Shown: positions 10,945 to 20,868 of the stretch, piece after piece | Layout: each line of letters begins with the position of its first letter | Numbering within the stretch: position 1 is the stretch's first letter | Source of the DNA: Candidatus Helarchaeota archaeon | GTDB taxonomy: Archaea > Asgardarchaeota > Lokiarchaeia > Helarchaeales > RDOG01 | NCBI GenBank assembly: GCA_019058315.1 | Contig: JAHPZH010000002.1 | Coordinates: 1,101,910 to 1,165,909, forward strand | Direction: 5' to 3' | DNA: 64,000 nt | Notes under the pieces: generated by a model | Told to the model about the DNA's origin: nothing | Database searches by the model: none | The model's input: only the letters and a program-made list of their open reading frames with translations | Made by a program: the position numbers and the translations under genes

Positions 10945-12228
10945 TTATTTTTTAAACGTCCAATCCTTCTTAATAGTATCTTCTTTTGGTAATATTAAAG
11001 TATCATTGGGAATATCTTCCCATATATTCATATTTGGTCCTATAACACAATTTACCCCAATAATTACTCCTGGCATAAAAGTCACTCCTATTCCAGATTG
11101 GCTATTATCTCCAATAATTGCACCGAGTTTTTTTCTTCTACTATCAACCCGTTTATCTTTTATATTGGCTTTAACAGAACCTTTGGTAAATTTAAGGTTT
11201 GCAGTAATTGTTCCTGCACCTAAATTAACATTTCTTCCTATTATTGAATCACCTATGTAACTTAAATGGGGAGCTTTCGAATTACTCATCACTAAACTGG
11301 CTTTTATCTCACAAGCATTTCCTATTCTTACTCTATCTCCTAGGACAGTATTGGATCTTAGGTAACAATTGGGTCCAATATCACAATTTTTTCCTATTAA
11401 TACAGGTCCATCTATATATGTGCCGGAACGAATAATAGTACCTTCACCGATCCCAACAGGATCTTTAATAGTTACATTGTTTTCTATAGTTCCTCTGTTT
11501 TCTAAAGGCCAATTAGGAAGTAACAATTCATTTGCCTCCAACAAATCCCATGGAACTCCAATATCTTTCCATATTGAACTAATTTCAAAGTCAATAATGT
11601 CAAAATCGTCATCAATTAACATTTGAATTGAGTCGGTTATTTCATATTCATTTCGTTTTGACAATTTTGTCCTTTTAATCGCATTAAATATTTCATGGCC
11701 AAAAATATAAACTCCTGCATTGGCTAAATTAGTAGGTGCAGTTCCAGGTTCAGGTTTTTCAATAATTTTTTTAATTTTATCATTTTCTTTAGCAATTACT
11801 CCATATTTAGAGGGATCTTCCACAGGGTAAACTGATAATAAAGAATGAGGTTTCTTAGTGTTAAATTTATTTACAATCGACTTATATACATCGGGAGAAA
11901 TTAAAACATCTCCATATTGCATAAAAAAAGGTTCAGAACCTATTAACTTTTCAGCTAGACCTACTGCTTGAGCTGTACCCTTCGGATCATCTTGATTCAC
12001 AAATTCTATATTAACTCCAAACTCAGAACCATCCCCAAGATATTCTTTAATTAATTTGTCAAGATAACCAATAAGAATTATTATATCTTTGATTCCTGCG
12101 GATTTTAATCCATCGATTATGTGCTTAATCAATGGCTTGCCCACAATTGGAAGAAGATGTTTAGGTCTGGTAAATGTGAACGGTCTTAATCTTGTCCCTT
12201 TACCTGCACATAAGAGTAGAGCTTTAAT
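10945..12228 (-). CDS. glmU: Archaeal GlmU-like bifunctional sugar-1-phosphate nucleotidylyltransferase/acetyltransferase
   Basis: KALLLCAGKGTRLRPFTFTRPKHLLPIVGKP lies upstream of the ORF-track start; C-terminal hexapeptide repeats (HLSYIGDSIIG, NLGAGTITAN); proposed ATT start at 12228. Confidence 0.9.
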   Translation of the reverse strand: MKALLLCAGKGTRLRPFTFTRPKHLLPIVGKPLIKHIIDGLKSAGIKDIIILIGYLDKLIKEYLGDGSEFGVNIEFVNQDDPKGTAQAVGLAEKLIGSEPFFMQYGDVLISPDVYKSIVNKFNTKKPHSLLSVYPVEDPSKYGVIAKENDKIKKIIEKPEPGTAPTNLANAGVYIFGHEIFNAIKRTKLSKRNEYEITDSIQMLIDDDFDIIDFEISSIWKDIGVPWDLLEANELLLPNWPLENRGTIENNVTIKDPVGIGEGTIIRSGTYIDGPVLIGKNCDIGPNCYLRSNTVLGDRVRIGNACEIKASLVMSNSKAPHLSYIGDSIIGRNVNLGAGTITANLKFTKGSVKANIKDKRVDSRRKKLGAIIGDNSQSGIGVTFMPGVIIGVNCVIGPNMNIWEDIPNDTLILPKEDTIKKDWTFKK

Positions 12229-12271
12229 ATTAATCGCCTTTAGTACTTTATTAATTCCTTATTAAAATAAA

Positions 12272-12895
12272 TTATAAGACAATAGAACTTAATAATCTGC
12301 GAGTTTTTAGTTCTTTATCCTCCATATTTTTTAAAGTTTCTTCTAATCTCGCCTCTAATTCGACAATATCAAGTGATAAATTTACATTTTCTGCTTTAAC
12401 CTTATCAAATTCATTGTATAATTTTTGAATAGTAACATTTCTCTTATTCATTTCATCTACTAATCTTGTACAAATTACGGGAAGAAGATCAACTTGTTTC
12501 TGTAATTCTTCGATTTTTCTTGATTGTTCTAATATTCTTTTTGATTGTTCAATTATTGTTTTTTTAAATTCGCTATGATCATTTTGAGGTTCGTAAAGTA
12601 TTTGAGAAGCTCTTTCTTCTTGAAGCCTAGCCGAATTAGCTCTAATTTGTTGAATAATTTCTCTTTGTTCTACAATTTGAATATCTTTTTCTATTACTCT
12701 TTTCTCTAATCTTTCTATTTCTCCCTTTAATGCTTGAATTGTCTCCGCCATCTGAGGAGCAATATCTTCTTTAAAGGTTATGATTTGGGCTTCTTGTGAA
12801 TCTATTTGAGTTTGTAGTTTTTCTACCATACTGTTTATTTCTGTTCTTTGTTCTTCCTCTGTCTGCATTTTCTTTTTACGCTTAAAAAATCTCAT
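12272..12895 (-). CDS. Long coiled-coil hypothetical protein
   Basis: Heptad-rich E/Q/K/L composition throughout; ATG at 12895 (MRFFKRKKK) preceded by GAGG. Confidence 0.7.
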   Translation of the reverse strand: MRFFKRKKKMQTEEEQRTEINSMVEKLQTQIDSQEAQIITFKEDIAPQMAETIQALKGEIERLEKRVIEKDIQIVEQREIIQQIRANSARLQEERASQILYEPQNDHSEFKKTIIEQSKRILEQSRKIEELQKQVDLLPVICTRLVDEMNKRNVTIQKLYNEFDKVKAENVNLSLDIVELEARLEETLKNMEDKELKTRRLLSSIVL

Positions 12896-12965
12896 TAAGA
12901 CCGTCCTCAAAAACCTAAGGACAATTGTTATTAAAATAGTTTTTTATTTATGTAAAATTTGATTT

Positions 12966-13589
12966 TTAAGAAGCCGCAGAGCTCTCTTTAGGCATTTTAA
13001 CTAATTTTATCTTCATTACTTCTGAACGACGAATTGGATATATTTTCTCGCATCGTTGGGTAATTTCTTTTGCAATATTCCCATATACTGCGTTATATGA
13101 AAATTCAGAAAAAGACAACGTAGTTGCAGCTCTCTCTATTATTTCACTCATGATATTTCGAATTTCTTTTTGTTGATTAGTTTTTGCTCGCCTCTGAGTA
13201 AGGACCATTGCTGTGACTCTTATAAAATATCCGTCTTTTGTAGTTAAATTAAAAATTCCATCAATTCTTGATGTAGTACGCCTTACCAAACTTCGAAGAT
13301 AATCTCGAGTAAAATCAGAGCCAATAAACATTGTTTTTATTGTATTTGAAGCATCTAAAAGCTCATTGAATTTAAACTTCAAAATAATATGAGTGTGGTT
13401 AAAATCACCTGTTAGATCATAAAGAGTTGCTTCAAACACTCTATCATTTAATTTTTTATTCCCCTCAAATGCTGGTGTTTTACCAATAATTTTATTTTGA
13501 AAAACTTTAGGAGCTTCTATGGTGTACCATATCTTATCTTTAAATTTATCTCCTGCTGATTTCTTTTCTTTTCGTCTCGATTTTCCCAA
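12966..13589 (-). CDS. rps3ae: 30S ribosomal protein S3Ae (eS1)
   Basis: DKFKDKIWYTIEAP, TLYDLTGD, DYLRSLVRRTTSRID, IYPIR; TTG start at 13589 more plausible than ORF-track 13691. Confidence 0.95.
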   Translation of the reverse strand: MGKSRRKEKKSAGDKFKDKIWYTIEAPKVFQNKIIGKTPAFEGNKKLNDRVFEATLYDLTGDFNHTHIILKFKFNELLDASNTIKTMFIGSDFTRDYLRSLVRRTTSRIDGIFNLTTKDGYFIRVTAMVLTQRRAKTNQQKEIRNIMSEIIERAATTLSFSEFSYNAVYGNIAKEITQRCEKIYPIRRSEVMKIKLVKMPKESSAAS

Positions 13590-13653
13590 TTTCTTTGCTT
13601 CCAAATATATTAAAGAAAATTTGAATTTAATAGGATGAATAGAGAGATGGTAT

Positions 13654-15102
13654 TTATAAATTTCTATTTTTATTTGAAATCTGTTTTTCAATAATAGTAT
13701 CCAATGTTTCTAAAAATTTTTCCTCAAGATTTGTAGGAATTTGTCCACCAGCGGCAATATTATGTCCTCCAGCTTCTCCTTCAATTTCTAAATTTTTAAT
13801 TGTTTCCCTTAATGCCTCACCTAAATCCAGACCCTTTTCAATGAGCTCAGGAAATCCTCTTGCCGAAATTTTACTCATGTTTTCAGCATCTTTTATATAT
13901 GCAATACCAATAAGAGGTTTATCTGATTTTATCAAATTAGAAGAGGTTACGATTGATGTTATGGTCCCTATCATTTTATCAATTATTTTATTTCCACCAT
14001 GAAAATGATATATCGCTTTTTTTTCTTTAAGAACATCCTGTTCCTGAAACCAATTAAGGTATTCAGCTATCTTTTTTCTATATTCTGTTAAACTTTTTAA
14101 TGCTTCTTTAAAACTGTCAGCATCTCCCATACATATAGAAACTCCTAAACCTCCTTTACTCATTCGTCCACATGCGTTTAAAAGTGAAGAAAATTCCCTA
14201 GCATCTCTTAATACACTCCCTTTCTCTTGATCTAAAAAATTATAAGATGTTCCTATCAAATTTAAAGCTTCTTTTCGATCTAAACCCTTTTTTAATGCAA
14301 ATTTAACAATTTCAGAGTTAAGTTTTACTTTTTCATCTTGAGATAGATCAGAAATAGTTCTCCATTTTTTATCTTCTTTAGGTTTAATCCCTGCCGCCAT
14401 TAAAAGTCTTATACAATTTTCTTCGTTCCCAGAAATCCCGGGAATAAAAGGTTCAGTTGTATATTTTAAAGAAAGATGAATAGGCCTCGATTCTTTTCCA
14501 AAAAATCGTAAATCTCTTTCAACTTTTAATATTCCAGCATTACTTCCATCTTTTATAATTAAATCATTAAGTCCCGAAAGAGAATAATATTTACCTTTGT
14601 CTTGTCGATCTCCAATTCCTCCTACAATAGCTAAATTAGCAAGATCGATATTTTGTTCATTCAATGCTTTAGCTACAAAATACACAATGCCTGCTCCACT
14701 AATTTCTGTAACACCATTAATTCCAAAAAGATGAGGATTTACATGTATAAATGGTGTTTTATTTTCATTCATTGGTTTATGATGATCAAGTATAATTACC
14801 TTAGTATCTATTAGATATTCTTTCAAATAATCAATTTGACCTGAGCCCATATCTAAGAATATATAATTTTTTCTTTTTTCATCTACTAACTCATTTATAA
14901 AAGATTTTTCTAATTGTCGTATTATTCGTAAATGAAATTTTCCCCCTTCTCTATATAATGCTTGAGATATAATTCCACCAGCTGAAAGACCGTCTGCATC
15001 TAAATGAGTCGTAATACGGATTATTTCATCATTATGGATCCAGTTGTGAATCTCATCTGCTGCTTTCTTTATATAATTAAAAAATTCTGAATACTCTTCC
15101 AA
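13654..15102 (-). CDS. DHH family phosphoesterase (archaeal RecJ-like)
   Basis: HLDADG, DMGSG, DHH, GGHNIAAG motifs; usual position between uS15 and eS1. Confidence 0.92.
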   Translation of the reverse strand: MEEYSEFFNYIKKAADEIHNWIHNDEIIRITTHLDADGLSAGGIISQALYREGGKFHLRIIRQLEKSFINELVDEKRKNYIFLDMGSGQIDYLKEYLIDTKVIILDHHKPMNENKTPFIHVNPHLFGINGVTEISGAGIVYFVAKALNEQNIDLANLAIVGGIGDRQDKGKYYSLSGLNDLIIKDGSNAGILKVERDLRFFGKESRPIHLSLKYTTEPFIPGISGNEENCIRLLMAAGIKPKEDKKWRTISDLSQDEKVKLNSEIVKFALKKGLDRKEALNLIGTSYNFLDQEKGSVLRDAREFSSLLNACGRMSKGGLGVSICMGDADSFKEALKSLTEYRKKIAEYLNWFQEQDVLKEKKAIYHFHGGNKIIDKMIGTITSIVTSSNLIKSDKPLIGIAYIKDAENMSKISARGFPELIEKGLDLGEALRETIKNLEIEGEAGGHNIAAGGQIPTNLEEKFLETLDTIIEKQISNKNRNL

Positions 15103-15191
15103 TCGATCACCGAAATGGAAAATAGAACTAAAAATCCTAAACTAAATATTAAATTGCTCATCCATCACGGAATAAAAATTTTTAATATAAA

Positions 15192-15647
15192 TTATCTTAT
15201 CAACATTGCCGCATCTTTATAACTATATTTCCAAGTTGGGTCTAAAACGCCCTTTCGTTTATAATATTTGGCAAGTCTCCTAACTTTGCTTTCAACTAAT
15301 GTTAATCCCCTTTTAGAACTAAGATCCTTAGGATTCTCTTCTAAATGTCTTCGAAGGTTAACTGCTTTCTTGATTAAATTTAAAATATCATCTGGTAGTG
15401 TTGGTAATAAATCTCTATCTTTTAATATCTCTGAAATTGTTTTTCCAGTTACTAATCGCGTAAAAGGAACTCCATATGAATCCCTTAAAATTATTCCAAT
15501 CATTGATTTAGATTTACCTTCCTTAGATAGACGGATTATAATATCCTCTACTTCTTCAGGAGATCTATTACACCAGTCTGGTAAAGTGGGTCTGGGGGGT
15601 CTTTTAGAACCCGATTTTCCCTTTCTCCTAGTATGCATACGTGCCAT
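15192..15647 (-). CDS. rps15: 30S ribosomal protein S15 (uS15/S13e)
   Basis: MARMHTRRKGKSGS, IGIILRDSYGVP, ESKVRRLAKYYK. Confidence 0.97.
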   Translation of the reverse strand: MARMHTRRKGKSGSKRPPRPTLPDWCNRSPEEVEDIIIRLSKEGKSKSMIGIILRDSYGVPFTRLVTGKTISEILKDRDLLPTLPDDILNLIKKAVNLRRHLEENPKDLSSKRGLTLVESKVRRLAKYYKRKGVLDPTWKYSYKDAAMLIR

Positions 15648-15705
15648 TTTCGCAACTCACAATTTATTCATCTTATCTTTATAATGAACTTGCAATTTAT
15701 TAATT

Positions 15706-16269
15706 TTATCTACCTTTAAACCATATTCCAAATTTTTCTAAACTCTTCTTTCTATGTGAGATTTTATTTTTTTCTTCTAAGCCCATTTCTGCATAAGTTT
15801 TGTTATTTCCCTCTTTTGGTAAAAAGATTGGATCAAAACCCCAACCTCCATTATTTCCTTTTAAAATTTTGGTTGAGATTGTTCCAGAAGTTTGACCAAT
15901 AAATGTTATAATAAAATCCTCGGATTCGCAATACGCGATTACAGACTTAAAAATTGCATTTTTATTTGTTTTATCTTTAATTAATTTTAAAATTCCATCA
16001 TTTCCTATTGTCTTATAAACATAAGATGAATATGGACCTGGAAATCCACTTAAGACCTCTATAAATAATCCAGAATCTTCAACGAATACGGGTTTCTTAA
16101 TTTCTTTAAATGCATATTTCACACTAAATTTAGAAATTTCTTCCAGGTCATTTGATTGGATTTCAGGGCATTCCAACAATATAGATTCAACTTTTATTTT
16201 ATATATTGCTAAAATCTTTGTTGCTTCTTTCAATTTATTTTTATTACTTGAAGCAAAATGAATTTTCAA
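15706..16269 (-). CDS. rdgB: Non-canonical purine NTP pyrophosphatase (RdgB/HAM1)
   Basis: FASSNKNK, VEDSGL, GFPGPYS, GWGFDPIF, KNKISHR. Confidence 0.95.
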   Translation of the reverse strand: MKIHFASSNKNKLKEATKILAIYKIKVESILLECPEIQSNDLEEISKFSVKYAFKEIKKPVFVEDSGLFIEVLSGFPGPYSSYVYKTIGNDGILKLIKDKTNKNAIFKSVIAYCESEDFIITFIGQTSGTISTKILKGNNGGWGFDPIFLPKEGNNKTYAEMGLEEKNKISHRKKSLEKFGIWFKGR

Positions 16270-16856
16270 TCAGTATCACTCCCTTCTTCCCCAAAGGTTT
16301 TTTTTTCTTTTTTAAATTTTTTGTTTTCTTTTGAATCCTTAATATATTTAACTTTAATTTCTTTTCTCTCAGGTAAAACAAATATAGTCCCATCATCTGG
16401 ATACTCAAAATGTCCATCTAATAGCTCATCTGCCATAAGTAAAACAATAATATCCTCAATTTTATCTATATCGAAATTTGTTTTTTTCTCTATTGCAGAT
16501 AATGAAATTTTATTACCTTTTATTTTTGAAAGTGAGTGGATTATACTTAAAACACGCATTTTTTCATTTTCAAAGAGTGCTTCTTCAAAAATCTCGTCCT
16601 CTGTTAGATCCGGTTTAATAACCTCTTTAACTTGTTCCTTTTCTCTCTCAGAATATAAAGCTCTTATGTAAGATAAAACTGAATATATAAGAATAAGTGA
16701 AATGATTGGAATTATAGTTGTTAAAACAACCCATCTACCTTGAACATCAAAATTTAGTTGTTCCATAATTCTTATAGTTGGTGGGACAATTAGAAGAAAT
16801 ACAAATAATATCACACCAATAGTGGCTCCAATATAAATAAAATTTACCTTTTTCAT
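16266..16856 (-). CDS. Two-TM membrane protein with C-terminal PCI-like winged-helix domain
   Basis: Two N-terminal TM helices; KISLSAIEKKTNFDIDKIEDIIVLLMADELLDGHF matches the PCI winged-helix pattern; stop overlaps the rdgB start. Confidence 0.6.
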   Translation of the reverse strand: MKKVNFIYIGATIGVILFVFLLIVPPTIRIMEQLNFDVQGRWVVLTTIIPIISLILIYSVLSYIRALYSEREKEQVKEVIKPDLTEDEIFEEALFENEKMRVLSIIHSLSKIKGNKISLSAIEKKTNFDIDKIEDIIVLLMADELLDGHFEYPDDGTIFVLPERKEIKVKYIKDSKENKKFKKEKKTFGEEGSDTD

Positions 16857-16863
16857 CCTTTTA

Positions 16864-17490
16864 TCATTCTTTTTGTCTTATAACATATCTTCCTCTATTA
16901 AGAATTTCATCCAATCTATCTATTACCTCAGATCCTTTAGTCTCCATTTCTATTAAATATTGATTTTTAATTTGCTGAAAATAACTCTTAGCATTTTTAA
17001 AATGTGTCGATTGTAATGCTCTTCTTAATAAATGTAAATCAATTCCAAAATCTTCAATTGAATTGGAAAAATCTCCCAATCCAAAATCTATTAAAATTAT
17101 TTTACCCCTTGATAAAATCATATTTGATGTGGTTAAATCTCCATGAATAATCCCATTATTATGTAAGCGACCAACCAAATAACCAATTTTCTTACAAATC
17201 TCCATTGAATTATTTGAGTTAAGAAATAATTCTTTAATTCTTTCTCCTTCTATATATTCCATTATAATTGTCGTATTTGGAATATCCACTTGATAAATTA
17301 TGGGAGTAGAAACCCCTATTCTTCGAGCTTCTGCTAAAAGTTTCGCTTCATGAATGGTTCTATATGTTCGAATTTGTTGATCAAGTGCTTCTATACGATA
17401 GTTTTTTGGTCTTCTAAATTTTCGAATTATCTGTTTTCCATACCAGGTTTCTTTATATAGATATGCTTCGGCTCCTTTTTTTATTAACAT
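16864..17490 (-). CDS. bud32: KEOPS complex kinase/ATPase Bud32
   Basis: KKGAEA, RTIHEAKLL, IIHGDLTTSN, IDFGL, RGRY. Confidence 0.95.
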   Translation of the reverse strand: MLIKKGAEAYLYKETWYGKQIIRKFRRPKNYRIEALDQQIRTYRTIHEAKLLAEARRIGVSTPIIYQVDIPNTTIIMEYIEGERIKELFLNSNNSMEICKKIGYLVGRLHNNGIIHGDLTTSNMILSRGKIILIDFGLGDFSNSIEDFGIDLHLLRRALQSTHFKNAKSYFQQIKNQYLIEMETKGSEVIDRLDEILNRGRYVIRQKE

Positions 17491-17506
17491 AACTTTTAAC
17501 CCACTA

Positions 17507-18493
17507 TCACTTTGTTATCCAAGGAATTTCAATTTCATCTAACCGCCATTTAGCTTTTATTTTTGTTTCTGCCAAATTTAATTTCATTCCATGTTGATAT
17601 TGTAAAATTCCAGTCCATGCAATCATTGCTCCATTATCACCCGCCAATTTTGGAGAAACGACATAAAAGTTCACATTATGTTCTTCTGAAATTGATTTTA
17701 ACATTTCCTGTAACCGTTTATTTGCAGCTACTCCCCCCGTTAATAAAATTGAATCTTTTTCGGTGTGTGCTAAAGCTCTCTCTGTTATTTCAGTTAGCAT
17801 TGAAAATGTGACCTCTTGTAGACTATAACAAAGATCATTTAAATTGGCACCTTCTGTAAATTTGTTATTAGCTGCGGTTAATAAACCAGAATAAGATAAA
17901 TCCATTCCTTTAACGACATAAGGTAATTTAATAAAATTTTTACCATTCTTAGCTAATTTCTCAACTTTAGGTCCTCCAGGATGTTGTAATCCTACATGTC
18001 TGGCGAATGTATCAAGTAAATTTCCGATTGGGATATCTAATGTCTCTCCAAATATCCTATATCTACCTTCTTCAAAGCCTGTTACCATTGAATTTCCACC
18101 AGAAACATATAATACAATTGGATCGATATGATTTCCAATCTCTTTTCTACCAATTTCAATATGGGCTAGACAATGATTTACACCAACTAAATCTTTAGAT
18201 AACAACTGGGAAAGTGATCTTGCTGCAACGGCTACAGATCTCAAACAAGGTCCCAACCCCGGTCCTTGTGAAAAGGCAATTAAATCAATATTTTTCATAC
18301 TCAAATTTGCTTTTTTTAGAGCTTCAATTAATAAAGGTTTAAAACATTTAGTGTGATGCTCAACTGCTTCTCTTGGATGTATCCCTCCAGTTTCAGGAAT
18401 ATATTGATCACTAATATTTACTAAAATTTTCTCATCTTGGATTATTCCAAAACTTAAGGTATGTGCAGTTCCTTCTATTCCTAAAGTTATCAT
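17507..18493 (-). CDS. kae1: KEOPS t6A synthase Kae1
   Basis: LGIEGTAHT, GPGLGPCL, VNHCLAHIE, YVSGGNS, GGVAAN, DNGAMIA. Confidence 0.97.
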   Translation of the reverse strand: MITLGIEGTAHTLSFGIIQDEKILVNISDQYIPETGGIHPREAVEHHTKCFKPLLIEALKKANLSMKNIDLIAFSQGPGLGPCLRSVAVAARSLSQLLSKDLVGVNHCLAHIEIGRKEIGNHIDPIVLYVSGGNSMVTGFEEGRYRIFGETLDIPIGNLLDTFARHVGLQHPGGPKVEKLAKNGKNFIKLPYVVKGMDLSYSGLLTAANNKFTEGANLNDLCYSLQEVTFSMLTEITERALAHTEKDSILLTGGVAANKRLQEMLKSISEEHNVNFYVVSPKLAGDNGAMIAWTGILQYQHGMKLNLAETKIKAKWRLDEIEIPWITK

Positions 18494-18582
18494 TTATTAT
18501 CACTAAACTTAATAAAAAACTATAAACTTAAAAAATTTGAAATGGATTTTAATAAAATTTAAAACAGAAATTTAGGATTTAA

Positions 18583-18918
18583 TTAAATCAAAATTTCTTC
18601 TATTACCCAAAAATTTGTATGTGCCCCTATTTTACCTTTTTTAGCAAACATTGATGGAGCTGGCTTATTCTGATCACCAAAAATTAAGTTCTTTAATTCC
18701 CCAATTTTATTTTCTTTTTTAAGATAATCAACAAAATCTCTTAATAAATAAATATTTCTTTTGTTGGGTGCTATATCAAATCCCATAGTAGTTGTTGTGG
18801 TTATTAAACCTACAACAGAATAAATATTAGTTTTAGCATTTGGGATTCTAGAAAATTTAGCAGTTATATAACTAATTTTTAAATCCTTTGAAGGTGCTCT
18901 TTCGATTCTCATATCCAT
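18583..18918 (-). CDS. Hypothetical protein
   Basis: 111 aa ORF, co-oriented, fills the gap; no motif recognised. Confidence 0.55.
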   Translation of the reverse strand: MDMRIERAPSKDLKISYITAKFSRIPNAKTNIYSVVGLITTTTTMGFDIAPNKRNIYLLRDFVDYLKKENKIGELKNLIFGDQNKPAPSMFAKKGKIGAHTNFWVIEEILI

Positions 18919-19031
18919 TATTTCAACTATCCTTATTAATAATTAATTTAGTCCATATCTTATTAGAAAAACATACTATAAATCAGTTAAGTTTTATAAA
19001 ATAATTTTTTAAATAATAAAATTCGATTCTC

Positions 19032-19343
19032 CTAATCGATCAAAAATCTAAGGACATTAATTATTGTGCTTATTTTCTCTATTTCGTCTGAATAATATAA
19101 TAAATTCCATAACTGTATGCTGCTAGAAATAAATACCAATACAAGATAGGGTAGAATATATCTTAATCTCATTTTTTTTTCTATATTTTCTCTTTTTTTC
19201 AGCATAATGACATAAATAACTAATATAATTGGTCCAATTAACATAAGAATAAGAGATATGAGCCTCAAAGCACTTTCTAGGGCCTCCATTTCATCTTTTA
19301 TTACTTTAAGATAAACGTATACTATTAAAACATCTATTCTCAA
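19032..19343 (-). CDS. Small membrane protein
   Basis: Two hydrophobic helices; AGGTG SD before TTG. Confidence 0.55.
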   Translation of the reverse strand: MRIDVLIVYVYLKVIKDEMEALESALRLISLILMLIGPIILVIYVIMLKKRENIEKKMRLRYILPYLVLVFISSSIQLWNLLYYSDEIEKISTIINVLRFLID

Positions 19344-19385
19344 TTAAATGCACCTTTCTAGTCGACATTTTTCTTTACTAATTGG

Positions 19386-20207
19386 TTATTTAGGAATAAA
19401 TTTTGGTAATTTCCAATTATAAAAATATGATAATATATAAAACATACAAATAAAAATTATAAAAAACCAACCAAAATAGATTAGATAGGGAATATCATAA
19501 GGTCCTAAAACCATTATTGGATTATTTGAATTATAACTCCAAATTGGGGAATGAGATCCAACACCATAAAATTCTATTCCCCAACCCAAGGGAGTAATAG
19601 TCAGCGCAGAAGCGGCAATTAAGATAAATTTTCCAAAACTTTTTAATTCTTTATGTTTTTTCCATTCAAAAAGAAATAAACATACTAACACGCCGTATAT
19701 CATAACAGAAAGCCAAAGAAAATATGAAAACAATGGTAAACCTATTATATCAGATATGAGCCAAGTATGGCTTGCTAATACACCATAATTATTTTGCAGC
19801 CAATTATTTATATAATATCCAACAGAAATTATTGCAAGACCCCAAGAAACAGGGAAGGTATAAATAGCACCTACCTCTATAAGCATTTTTATTTTATCTC
19901 TTCTTGTTAAAGGTAAATTGGTATTATTTACTAATTCTAAAAGACGAGTTATCGTGATAGATCCATAAAGCATGACGAAGAACCAACCAAACCATATTGG
20001 CAGTGGAAGCCCAAAAATTGGAATTAATTGTTTTATTGAATAGGAAAAAAAACCTAATTGTATAGATATTATTTCCAAAATCCATCCAATGGGTGCTGAA
20101 AGAAGAGTTGCTAAAATTATCATTCTTTTATTTCGACAAATTAAAAAAAAACCAATATCTCCAGCTACAATAGTTGTTGCAAAAATTTGAGTAATAACAT
20201 GAACCAT
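19386..20207 (-). CDS. Multipass membrane protein, CruF/carotenoid-biosynthesis-protein-like repeats
   Basis: Three copies of an (E)..G...Y....GLPL..xGW-like unit (GWILE..LGFFSY..FGLPLPIWFGW; IIGLPLFSYFLW; GWGIE..WSY..DIPYLIYFGW). Confidence 0.5.
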   Translation of the reverse strand: MVHVITQIFATTIVAGDIGFFLICRNKRMIILATLLSAPIGWILEIISIQLGFFSYSIKQLIPIFGLPLPIWFGWFFVMLYGSITITRLLELVNNTNLPLTRRDKIKMLIEVGAIYTFPVSWGLAIISVGYYINNWLQNNYGVLASHTWLISDIIGLPLFSYFLWLSVMIYGVLVCLFLFEWKKHKELKSFGKFILIAASALTITPLGWGIEFYGVGSHSPIWSYNSNNPIMVLGPYDIPYLIYFGWFFIIFICMFYILSYFYNWKLPKFIPK

Positions 20208-20273
20208 ATTTAAACCGGAGAATGATTTTAATAATTAAAAAAAAATCTAAAATTTTTAATTAAAAAACCTAAA

Positions 20274-20543
20274 TTATCTTTTTCTTTTCTTCTTAGGTTT
20301 TGCTATTGTTTTTGTTGGTTTTTCTCTTGGTTTAGCTTTTTTTTCTGTTTCTTCAGGTTCTTCTCTAACTTTTTTTGGTTGTTTTTTCTTAAATTCAGTG
20401 AATCCGCAATGCCCACATACTATTCTATCGTACATTTCGGCCATAAATGTTCCAGGACCACATCTTGGACAAAATTTTCTAGTTCTTTTTAAGGTTTCTC
20501 CATCTTCAGAAACTTTATAATATTTTCCTACTCCTTTTGACAA
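20274..20543 (-). CDS. rps27ae: 30S ribosomal protein S27Ae (eS31) with basic C-terminal extension
   Basis: [25 protein letters not shown] zinc ribbon; no ubiquitin fusion. Confidence 0.95.
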   Translation of the reverse strand: MSKGVGKYYKVSEDGETLKRTRKFCPRCGPGTFMAEMYDRIVCGHCGFTEFKKKQPKKVREEPEETEKKAKPREKPTKTIAKPKKKRKR

Positions 20544-20546
20544 TAT

Positions 20547-20849
20547 TTATTCCTCTTTCTTCTTTTCTGTTTTTTCTTGATTTCTCTTAATAATATGTTT
20601 TGGTTCAACAAGTTTTGCTCGTTCTTCTGATTCATAAATTCTTACAAGTCCAATAGTTTTAGGTAATCCAAATTTGGATTTCAAAGATTTAACATAAGTA
20701 TTTTCTAATGGAACATTAAGTTGCGCGGCAATTTTTTTACGTATTTCAAATCTTGTTGGAGTACTTTTTTTATCATGTTCAATTTCGAAAGATATTTCCT
20801 TTCTTTTTAATAAAACATTTTCCTTTTCTGAAAGGATGTTGATTGCCAA
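20547..20849 (-). CDS. rps24e: 30S ribosomal protein S24e
   Basis: ENVLLKRKEI, STPTR, SKFG, EPKHIIKRN; GGTGA SD. Confidence 0.95.
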   Translation of the reverse strand: MAINILSEKENVLLKRKEISFEIEHDKKSTPTRFEIRKKIAAQLNVPLENTYVKSLKSKFGLPKTIGLVRIYESEERAKLVEPKHIIKRNQEKTEKKKEE

Positions 20850-20868
20850 TATTTATCACCAATTTCTA

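Noticed and set aside
13590-13691. ORF-track N-terminal extension of eS1, or a pcc1 gene between DHH and rps3ae
   Set aside because: The extension overlaps the DHH gene and has no eS1 similarity; the gap is too short for pcc1
20274-20543. Ubiquitin-eS31 fusion as in eukaryotes
   Set aside because: The gene starts 3 nt after the rps24e stop; no room for a ubiquitin domain
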